50,798 nt of DNA from an uncultured Candidatus Saccharibacteria bacterium (GCA_964576745.1 CAZNUY010000001.1:1-50798); one strand, 5' to 3'. Numbered from the stretch's first letter, positions 28,937-36,111 are shown. Program-made: numbers and translations. Notes: generated by a model not told the origin, from the letters alone.

Positions 28937-28984
28937 GGTCATAGCGAAAAGCGGCTCAATCTTGGGCCCCTCCTCGCTATGACC
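28937..28984 (+). other. 11-bp perfect-stem hairpin in the 5' leader of the DGR target
   Basis: GGTCATAGCGA (28937-28947) pairs with TCGCTATGACC (28974-28984) across a 26-nt loop. It marks the start of the GC-rich block. Confidence 0.6.
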
Positions 28985-29043
28985 ACACCGGCCCATAGTG
29001 CCTCCTCGGCGTAGAGGGAAACCAAAAAGAAAGGAAACTGACC

Positions 29044-29754
29044 ATGGAAACCATGCTCAGCAAAGCGCTCCGCGAATTCACGACCGGACCGCTCAATCAG
29101 CTCATCGTGAACCTCGGTGGCCAGGACGGCGACCAGTGGGAACAACAGCTCAAGCAGTTCCTCCGCAAGGAGCCCTGCTGGACCAATGGCAACGTCACGC
29201 AAGTGGCGCAGCCGAAACCCACACCCTCGATCCTCGAGCTCGTCTCGACGGTCGTGGTCCCCGCAACCACCGTCAACCTCGTCGCCAAAGAGAAGTTCGT
29301 TCGTGACACTGGCCGCAAAGCCAAGGTCAAGATCAGCTATCTCGGCGACAACTTCACCGAATGGTTCCTCTCGGGCTCCGGCAAAACCGAAAACCCGATC
29401 AGCGAACAGACGCTCCGCTACCACAAGTTGCGGCAGTCCTCGGTGGACGGTCCCATCATCGCTGAACTCGGCGGTGTGGAGAAGTCGGAAACGACGCTCT
29501 CTGAGATGTTTGCCCTCATGGAAAAGCAGGGCAAGGGCGAAGACGGTGTTCTCCTGAACAACGGCTACGCTAACATCTTCTACATCAAGGACCAAAATGG
29601 TGTGCTTCGCGCGGTCCTCGTGTTCTGGCGCGACGACGGCTGGTGCGTCTTTGCGTACTCCGTCGGGTACCCGCGCAGGTGGGATGATGGCTACCAGGTG
29701 TTCTCTCGCAATTCTGTTCTCGAATCCTCGGAACCTTCGGCTCCGGCTGCCTAG
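29044..29754 (+). CDS. DGR target (variable) protein with the VR at the C-terminus
   Basis: 236-aa ORF with GC-rich codon usage. The C-terminal 38 codons are the VR copy of the TR. No signal peptide is evident. Confidence 0.85.
   Translation: METMLSKALREFTTGPLNQLIVNLGGQDGDQWEQQLKQFLRKEPCWTNGNVTQVAQPKPTPSILELVSTVVVPATTVNLVAKEKFVRDTGRKAKVKISYLGDNFTEWFLSGSGKTENPISEQTLRYHKLRQSSVDGPIIAELGGVEKSETTLSEMFALMEKQGKGEDGVLLNNGYANIFYIKDQNGVLRAVLVFWRDDGWCVFAYSVGYPRRWDDGYQVFSRNSVLESSEPSAPAA
29598..29711 (+). repeat. DGR variable repeat (VR)
   Basis: 114-nt alignment to 30076-30189 with 18 mismatches, all at positions where the TR has A. Confidence 0.92.
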
Positions 29755-29780
29755 CCTGATCCTTTGTCCCTTGGACACTT

Positions 29781-29822
29781 TGACCCTCAGTCTGCTTCGG
29801 TGGATTGGGGGTCAATTTTTTA
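29781..29822 (+). terminator. terminator-like hairpin plus T-run downstream of the target gene
   Basis: TGACCC (29781-29786) pairs with GGGTCA (29809-29814), followed by AATTTTTT. Confidence 0.45.
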
Positions 29823-30075
29823 TATTTAAATTTCTCTTGCTATACTTATTTCTGAAATCATGTGTTACGTGACGGTTACGGCTTTCATGTCATGGTCTTA
29901 GGATTTTTTTCTCGAGAGTCACACTGGGTATGCCTTGTGTGAGAGTGGGGAAAGTATCTTCAAAAAAATAACAAGAATTGGTATATGAGATTAGTGGACT
30001 TTGAGGTCCCGGATAAAATTCAGCTGGTCATGGTTTGGCTGGCGGTGATATAGATGATCTTGTATACGATAACGC

Positions 30076-30189
30076 TGGTGTGCTTCGCGCGGTCAACGTG
30101 AACTGGAACGACGACGGCTGGAACGTCAATGCGAACTCCGTCGAGAACCCGAACAGGTGGAATGATGGCAACCAGGTGTTCTCTCGAAA
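30076..30189 (+). repeat. DGR template repeat (TR)
   Basis: Contains 10 AAY codons in the VR reading frame, and adenines at all 18 VR-divergent positions. Confidence 0.92.
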
Positions 30190-30209
30190 CTGTTGGTTTT
30201 CTCCTCGGC

Positions 30210-30587
30210 TTAAGGTCGGGGAGTTTTTGCTTGCAAACCTTTCTTCCAGCCACCAAGTTGTCGCCCGATTTCCTCAAGTCTTCCGATTAGGTCCGAGTAT
30301 GTATCAGTTGGAATAATTTTACTTTCCCATGCGAGTTGCACAAAGAACTTCACAATATCAAGTTTTGTGATGGCTTTGTTTAATATTGGTATTTTGTGTT
30401 CAGGTGGGAGATAAGAAAGACAGAATGTGTATTCAAGTACATCAAGAAAAGCCTGTTCAATTCTGTTTCCAATTCCATACCGCTCGATTTTCGGAAAATC
30501 ACGATGGATAGAGAGCCAAAAACGATATGTCTCTTTCGATTTGAGAATTACCTGTGGTAATTCTCGGGGGGGGGGGTAATATGATCC
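30210..30587 (-). CDS. avd: Avd-like accessory variability determinant; open frame lacks a canonical start as assembled
   Basis: My own minus-strand translation, absent from the ORF track: ...KETYRFWLSIHRDFPKIERYGIGNRIEQAFLDVLE...LDIVKFFVQLAWESKIIP...LIGRLEEIGRQLGGWKKGL. It resembles the FPK..ERYG and EvGR.LG.W blocks of bAvd-family proteins. The upstream ATG (complement of 30602-30604) is out of frame across a C11 tract. Confidence 0.7.
   Translation of the reverse strand, partial: GSYYPPPRELPQVILKSKETYRFWLSIHRDFPKIERYGIGNRIEQAFLDVLEYTFCLSYLPPEHKIPILNKAITKLDIVKFFVQLAWESKIIPTDTYSDLIGRLEEIGRQLGGWKKGLQAKTPRP
30566..30576. repeat. G11/C11 homopolymer between the avd 5' region and the RT start
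   Basis: Eleven consecutive G counted on the plus strand, ending 4 nt before the ATG at 30581. Confidence 0.95.
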
Positions 30588-31585
30588 TTATTAGTATGAG
30601 TCATGAGTATAAGAATATCATATCCATCAAAAATCTATGCGATGCGTGGACCGAATTTATATGTGGCAAGAAATCTAAAAAGGACGTTGCTGAATTTTCT
30701 TTGAATCTCTCTCAAAACATTTTCAAATTGCACGAGGAGCTGCGAACAAAAACATATAGACATGGTGCATACGAAGCTTTTTCGATAAGTGATCCGAAGC
30801 CGAGAAGTATTCACAAGGCTACGGTCCGAGATAGATTATTACATCATGCTATTTACAGGATTTTGTATCCCTATTTTGATAAAAAGTTTATTTATGATTC
30901 TTATTCCTGTCGAAAGTTCAAAGGAACACATCGAGCGTTAAATCGGTTTAATGATTTCGTGATGAAAGTATCACAAAGCAATAGTAGGGCATGCTGGGTT
31001 CTGAAATGCGATGTAAGAAAGTTTTTTGCGTCTATTGATCATGAAAAACTCATTGAAATATTCGAGCGACATGTTAATGATATGGAAACGATCTGGCTTG
31101 TAGAGCGCATTGTTGAGAGTTTTCAAAGTACTGGTCCAGGAAAGGGTTTGCCTTTAGGTAATCTGACCTCGCAACTCTTGGTAAATGTTTACATGAATGA
31201 GTTCGACCAGTTTGTGAAGCACAAGCTCAAAGCTAAGTATTATATTCGGTATGCCGATGACTTCGTTATTATTCATCATGAGAAAGGTGTGTTGGTGGAT
31301 GTACTGCCAAAGGTTCAGAGCTTTCTCAGTGAACAGCTAAAGCTGTCTCTTCATCCAGATAAAGTGTTTATTAAGACAGCTTCATCAGGTGTAGATTTTC
31401 TGGGCTGGGTCCATTTTCCGCACCATCGAGTGATACGGACAACAACAAAAAATCGTATGTTCAAGAAAATCAAAGATTCTCAAGAAAAGCCGGAAGTTGT
31501 TCAATCGTATCTCGGGCTTTTGAGTCATGGAAATGGGTGGAATTTACAAAAGAGGATTAAGCCCAAGATAGGCAGAGTTCATTAG
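30581..31585 (+). CDS. DGR-type reverse transcriptase
   Basis: LPLGNLTSQLLVNVYM (the SQ signature of DGR RTs), IRYADDFVI (YxDD), DPKPRSIHKATVRDRLLHHAIY and VDFLGW. The track ORF begins at the GTG at 30554; ATG 30581 or 30596 is more likely. Confidence 0.9.
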   Translation: MILISMSHEYKNIISIKNLCDAWTEFICGKKSKKDVAEFSLNLSQNIFKLHEELRTKTYRHGAYEAFSISDPKPRSIHKATVRDRLLHHAIYRILYPYFDKKFIYDSYSCRKFKGTHRALNRFNDFVMKVSQSNSRACWVLKCDVRKFFASIDHEKLIEIFERHVNDMETIWLVERIVESFQSTGPGKGLPLGNLTSQLLVNVYMNEFDQFVKHKLKAKYYIRYADDFVIIHHEKGVLVDVLPKVQSFLSEQLKLSLHPDKVFIKTASSGVDFLGWVHFPHHRVIRTTTKNRMFKKIKDSQEKPEVVQSYLGLLSHGNGWNLQKRIKPKIGRVH

Positions 31586-31680
31586 TAGTCTTGTAATTTA
31601 AGTAATTCTTACCCCATAATTAGCCCCTAAGTGCCCCTGTGTACGCTTTTCAGGCGGAGTTCGAGGGTGATTACAAACAT

Positions 31681-31896
31681 ATGATTTCAAAACAAGCGTT
31701 AGAAGAATTCAAAGAGATTTGGCGACAGGAAAACCCTGGCCAAGATATCGACGACGCAACCGCAATGGATCAGGCGGTAGCTTTGCTTACTCTCATGGAC
31801 ACAGTCTACAGGCCGGTGAAGAAAGAGTGGCTGGAAAAGTATAAGAGTGAAGTGGCCAAAGAAAATAGTGAAGGCAAGGGTGGGGTAACTCAATAA
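31681..31896 (+). CDS. small conserved element protein (paralog of 12546-12806)
   Basis: 71 aa from the ATG at 31681; alignable to the other copy over about 45 residues. Confidence 0.5.
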   Translation: MISKQALEEFKEIWRQENPGQDIDDATAMDQAVALLTLMDTVYRPVKKEWLEKYKSEVAKENSEGKGGVTQ

Positions 31897-31944
31897 TTTT
31901 ACCCGTAATAACGGGAAATTAACGGGAAGGCACTTTTGCATGAA

Positions 31945-31967
31945 ATAGTGAGTGAGAGTGTGGGGTA
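31945..31967. repeat. island-specific motif copy C (ATAGTGAG-N5-GTGTGGGGTA)
   Basis: Exact match to both half-motifs. Confidence 0.7.
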
Positions 31968-32139
31968 AAGACTGATAAAACAGTTAAATAACAGTCTTTG
32001 ACTTATAGATCAAGAATTACAAAACAGAGTAGGTGATTGCCGTTAAAAAACGGTGAAAAAACGGGTGCGAGTCACCATTAGAAAAAGGTGAAAAAATGGG
32101 CAGACCAACTTTCAGCAGAAATTTCGGTGGTTCGATAGA

Positions 32140-32162
32140 ATACAGAGTAGAAGTGTAGGGTA
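32140..32162. repeat. island-specific motif copy D (degenerate: ATACAGAG-N5-GTGTAGGGTA)
   Basis: Same spacing as the other copies, with 3 substitutions. Confidence 0.5.
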
Positions 32163-32276
32163 AAACTGCAATTGTAATTTAAGTACAACAAAACTATCCG
32201 TTGTTAATACAACGCAAAAGCAACGTGCATCCACCTGCAAATGCAGGTAAAATGCAGGAGTAATTATTATTTAGAT

Positions 32277-32299
32277 ATAGTGAGCGCAGGTGTGGGGTA
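32277..32299. repeat. island-specific motif copy B (ATAGTGAG-N5-GTGTGGGGTA)
   Basis: Exact match to both half-motifs. Confidence 0.7.
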
Positions 32300-32443
32300 A
32301 GAGTCTTTGAAGCTTGGAATGTAGATCGTAGCGTCATCGATTTTCTCGAATATATTTCTAACCTGCGCCACTACGCGACCCCAGAAATATTTGTAGCATT
32401 TTGTCAGGACGATAAATTACAGTTTTATTGTATAATTTACTAT

Positions 32444-32674
32444 ATGAAAACAAAATACAATCAAGGTTATATCGCACTTCTAGTCATGCTGATTACTGGA
32501 TTAATAATAGTTATATTAATGTTACAGCAATACAAAAAATCAGGATTAATCAGACAAGATAATTCAAAATTAATAGATTCAGATGTCTTAAATAATACCG
32601 TAACACCGATAGATAGTGCTAAAAATATAAAAGATGTTTTAGAGAAAAGGGATCAGGGTTTACTAAATAATTAA
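32444..32674 (+). CDS. small membrane protein, hypothetical
   Basis: 76 aa with one TM helix (YIALLVMLITGLIIVILML). Confidence 0.4.
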   Translation: MKTKYNQGYIALLVMLITGLIIVILMLQQYKKSGLIRQDNSKLIDSDVLNNTVTPIDSAKNIKDVLEKRDQGLLNN

Positions 32675-33237
32675 GGACAATCATTCGGATCATAAGTGAT
32701 TCTCACATCACCATCTTGTTTCTCTATAGTATCTGGATCTGTGCCACCATCTTTAAGAGTAAAGTCATTTTGTTCCATTGTTGCAAAAGATAAATAATAT
32801 CCCTGATATATGATTACACATGCAACAAAATTATTATTTACGCTATTATAGACCCTGATTCTTTGGGGATTTGAGCTTGTGCCTTTGAAATATGAGTATC
32901 CATTTATTAATATATCTCTACCACCAGATGTTATTATGTTTGTACTGTATGATGGGTATGGTATTGACGATAATACAGGTCTTAGTAAATTCCCAAGTGT
33001 TGGCCAGCCGTGCGGTGTGTCACTGTAGTAAAAATTTGCTGACCCAATAGGTGGCCAATCACCATTATTTTGATAGTATAATTCAAGAGCTGTTCTCATT
33101 GTCGTTATATCTCTTGATGCTTTGGCATAGCCAGCTTTCTCTTTGGATTTTTGAGTTGAAGATATTACGACACTAGATAATAATCCAATTATTGATATAA
33201 CTACCAATAGTTCTAGTAATGTAAAACCTCTTTTCAT
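32671..33237 (-). CDS. type IV pilin / pseudopilin-like protein
   Basis: Prepilin N-terminal cleavage/methylation motif MKRGFTLLELLVVISIIGLL. Confidence 0.85.
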   Translation of the reverse strand: MKRGFTLLELLVVISIIGLLSSVVISSTQKSKEKAGYAKASRDITTMRTALELYYQNNGDWPPIGSANFYYSDTPHGWPTLGNLLRPVLSSIPYPSYSTNIITSGGRDILINGYSYFKGTSSNPQRIRVYNSVNNNFVACVIIYQGYYLSFATMEQNDFTLKDGGTDPDTIEKQDGDVRITYDPNDCP

Positions 33238-33269
33238 TCTAGATAATTATATCATGATATAATTTCATA

Positions 33270-34142
33270 GTGAAAAAACTAGTTATTGCTACAATATTTA
33301 TTCTATTTATTACGGCTATTTATTTTGATTATAAACCAGATAAAAATATCTCATTACCAATTTTACAACTTTATCCCGAGACTATTTATCAAGGAGATCC
33401 AATTTTTATAATAATAAATGCAAGTTCAACTCCTAAATCAGTTTTGTTTGATAAAAAAGAAATAAAAATCTCAAAATACAATGATTCATATATTGGTTTG
33501 GTCGGTATAGATTTACATGAAGTTAAGAAAGATCATCAAATTAATCTTGAATTAATGAATGGAATAAAAATTGATAAATCAATCGTATTGGTAATGAGAA
33601 TGAAGGAAGAGAAGCCACTTGGAATACCAGATAGTCTCGGAGGTAATACCAAAAAAGCAGGGGAGAGTTTGCTGAGTAATATTACAAAAGAGAATGCAAG
33701 TATAAATAATATTAAATTAGACCCAAAATCCTTTTGGCAAAACAGTAAATTCAACCCACCTTTGAAAACATTGTTCATTACAGATAATTATGGATACAGT
33801 AGAAATACCGTAGGTTATTCTATAGCTCATAAAGGTACAGACTTCCGTGCTCCTGAGGGAACAGAAGTTATGGTGATAAATAAAGGAATAGTAAGAATTT
33901 CTAGGTTGTATACTTTATCAGGTAATACAATTGTAATTGATCATGGATCAGGACTTGTATCTATTTATATGCATCTTTCAAAATTAAATGTAAAAGAGGG
34001 TGATATTGTTGAGTCGGGTCAAGTAATAGGATTAAGTGGCAAAACAGGATATGTATTGGGACCACATCTACATTTAGCAATAAAGATAAATGGAATATCA
34101 ATAGACCCAGCAAAATTTCTGACATATTTTGATATGTTATAA
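33270..34142 (+). CDS. M23-family (LytM-type) metallopeptidase
   Basis: HKGTDFRAPEGTEV and GPHLHLAI zinc-ligand motifs; N-terminal signal anchor; GTG start. Confidence 0.85.
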   Translation: MKKLVIATIFILFITAIYFDYKPDKNISLPILQLYPETIYQGDPIFIIINASSTPKSVLFDKKEIKISKYNDSYIGLVGIDLHEVKKDHQINLELMNGIKIDKSIVLVMRMKEEKPLGIPDSLGGNTKKAGESLLSNITKENASINNIKLDPKSFWQNSKFNPPLKTLFITDNYGYSRNTVGYSIAHKGTDFRAPEGTEVMVINKGIVRISRLYTLSGNTIVIDHGSGLVSIYMHLSKLNVKEGDIVESGQVIGLSGKTGYVLGPHLHLAIKINGISIDPAKFLTYFDML

Positions 34143-34149
34143 TTTTTGC

Positions 34150-34890
34150 ATGACAACTGAACATAAAAAATTAGTATATTTAATTTTAATGCTACTTTTA
34201 ATGGTCAGTATCTCTTATGTCAAAGGATACCCAAAGAGAATGGGTGAAACTAGTAATTTTTTTTATACTGTAATACAACCAGCACCCCTAAATGAAATAT
34301 ATAAAGGTAGTACGGATAAGAAGCAGGTAATATTTACATTTGATGGTGGAAGTGGAACTCAGTCAGCAAGGGAAATATTGGCTACTTTGGAAAAGCATAA
34401 AATAAAATCAACCTTTTTCCTGACAGGAAAGTGGATAGAGAATAATCCATTTCTAACTATTCTGATAAAGGGAGGTGGACACGAGATATTTAGTCATACT
34501 TATAATCATCCATATTTAACCAGAGTGAGTGATGAGGAAATAAGAGAAGAGTTAAGGCAAACTGATAAAATTCTTTTTAAATTGCTAGGTATCAATTCTC
34601 GACCATATTTCAGACCGCCATATGGTGATAGAGATGATAGGGTATTAAGAGTCGCATCAAGTGAAGGATATCAGTCTGTGTATTGGACGATTGATGCTCT
34701 GGATTGGAAAGAAAGTGAGGGTGAGACTGATCTGTCGGTTATGAATAGGGTTAAAACTTCATTAAGTCCTGGTAATATTTATCTTATGCATTTGGGCGAT
34801 GAAATTATAGGTAGAATTTTGGACAAGTTAATTGTTGATATTAATAATGAAGGTTATAAAGTGGTATCATTAACTGAGGGAATACAATGA
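34150..34890 (+). CDS. polysaccharide deacetylase (NodB/CE4 family)
   Basis: FTFDGGSGT, HTYNHPYL and RPPYG motifs; start taken at the ATG at 34150. Confidence 0.85.
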   Translation: MTTEHKKLVYLILMLLLMVSISYVKGYPKRMGETSNFFYTVIQPAPLNEIYKGSTDKKQVIFTFDGGSGTQSAREILATLEKHKIKSTFFLTGKWIENNPFLTILIKGGGHEIFSHTYNHPYLTRVSDEEIREELRQTDKILFKLLGINSRPYFRPPYGDRDDRVLRVASSEGYQSVYWTIDALDWKESEGETDLSVMNRVKTSLSPGNIYLMHLGDEIIGRILDKLIVDINNEGYKVVSLTEGIQ

Positions 34891-35444
34891 AATACAAAAA
34901 AACACATAAACCATTATTTCATGACTTATTGATGATATCTTGTGGTGTTGTTATTGCTTTATTTCTATCAAAAACTGGTATTTTGGATTTGATAATAAAT
35001 AATTTTACAAATCACTATATACTAGCTAGTTTCGTAGCGGGAATATTCTTTACATCTGTTTTTACAATTGCACCTGCATCTGTTGCTCTGGTACATATTG
35101 CAGAATATGCACCTTTAAATTGGATAGCTTTCTGGGGAGCACTGGGTGCCGTGTGTGGTGACTTAATATTATTCTTTTTTATAAGAGATAGATTTGTAGA
35201 TGATGTAAAAAAAGCCATAAAACCTTCAACTTTGAGATACTTGGCTAGATCATTTCATTTTGGATTCCTAAAATGGCTTTCACCATTGATTGGAGCATTA
35301 ATAATTGCTTCACCATTGCCTGATGAATTCGGAATAACGCTATTAGGTATGTCAAAAATTAGACTATCTTTCTTGATACCTATTTCACTTGCTATGAATA
35401 TGTTAGGTATATATCTTTTGATACTATTTGGACATCTGCTATAA
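34887..35444 (+). CDS. polytopic membrane protein, hypothetical
   Basis: 185 aa with about 5 TM helices; overlaps the upstream stop by 4 nt. Confidence 0.45.
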   Translation: MKYKKTHKPLFHDLLMISCGVVIALFLSKTGILDLIINNFTNHYILASFVAGIFFTSVFTIAPASVALVHIAEYAPLNWIAFWGALGAVCGDLILFFFIRDRFVDDVKKAIKPSTLRYLARSFHFGFLKWLSPLIGALIIASPLPDEFGITLLGMSKIRLSFLIPISLAMNMLGIYLLILFGHLL

Positions 35445-35454
35445 TAGGTAAACC

Positions 35455-36111
35455 ATGAATATTAAACGATTTTTTAGCTGGTCAGCTTTTGTTATTGTTA
35501 TTGTGCTTATAGTCTGGGGTATGATTGCAGCTTCACAGAAGGCCGCAAAACAGGAAGCTTCATTACCAATACCAAATGAGATAAGTTCTAATGATTGGGT
35601 AAAGGGTAACAAGGATTCTTCAGTTATTCTTGTTGAGTATAGTGATTTTCAATGTCCTGCATGTGCTGCATACTTTCCTTTGATTGAGAGGGTTGTAAAT
35701 GAAGCAAGTACAACAATCAAATTTGTTTATAGACATTTTCCTTTAACACAGCATGCAAATGCTGTTCCAGCTGCACAAGCGGCGGAAGCAGCAGGAAGGC
35801 AAGGCAAGTTCTGGGAAATGTATGAGAAGATATTTACTACACAGACAGAATGGCAGGATTCCAAGACGGTAGACAAAATATTCTATGACTATGCCTCAAA
35901 GATGGGTCTGGATATGATTAAGTTTGATACTGACTTTAAGTCCAAAGAAGTTGCTGATAAGATAAACAATGACTTGAAAAGTGGTGTAAAAGCAGGTATA
36001 AATTCTACCCCCACATTTTACCTAAATGGTAATAAGATAAGTAACCCTCAAAGTTATGAGGAATTCAAAAAATTAATTGATGACACTATTTACCCAAAAA
36101 TTAAATCTTAA
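35455..36111 (+). CDS. DsbA-family thiol:disulfide oxidoreductase
   Basis: Signal anchor, thioredoxin-fold CPAC active site, and TPTFYLNG. Confidence 0.85.
   Translation: MNIKRFFSWSAFVIVIVLIVWGMIAASQKAAKQEASLPIPNEISSNDWVKGNKDSSVILVEYSDFQCPACAAYFPLIERVVNEASTTIKFVYRHFPLTQHANAVPAAQAAEAAGRQGKFWEMYEKIFTTQTEWQDSKTVDKIFYDYASKMGLDMIKFDTDFKSKEVADKINNDLKSGVKAGINSTPTFYLNGNKISNPQSYEEFKKLIDDTIYPKIKS

Larger units (their letters stand above)
9601..32351. mobile_element. integrated mobile element of about 22.8 kb at the 3' end of tRNA-His
   Basis: Serine recombinase at the left edge and higher, mosaic GC than the flanks. Cargo is copper resistance, R-M, RT modules and a DGR. A 9-bp inverted repeat, ATTCGAGAA (9601-9609) / TTCTCGAAT (32343-32351), lies at the proposed ends. 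The right boundary is approximate. Confidence 0.7.

Noticed and set aside
28939-29778. 279-aa minus-strand ORF and several other long ORFs (28998-29306, 29097-29330, 29117-29557, 29585-29815, 29597-29872) overlapping the DGR target
   Set aside because: They are Arg/Pro/Ala/Ser-rich, low-complexity translations of the kind produced by stop-codon depletion in GC-rich DNA. Only the 29044-29754 frame ends in the VR, whose codon phase matches the AAY design of the TR.
30020-30316. ORFs 30035-30316 (+) and 30020-30277 (-) covering the template repeat
   Set aside because: The plus-strand ORF is simply the TR read in the VR frame (N-rich: NVNWNDDGWNVNANSVENPNRWNDGNQ), and its 3' part overlaps the antisense avd. 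TRs are non-coding templates, and no independent coding evidence exists.
32330-32400. Search for a direct repeat of the tRNA-His 3' end (att duplication) at the right end of the island
   Set aside because: No convincing copy was found; the best is a patchy 8/13 match around CTACGCGACCCCA. This is consistent with a serine rather than tyrosine integrase, so absence of the repeat is not evidence against the island.
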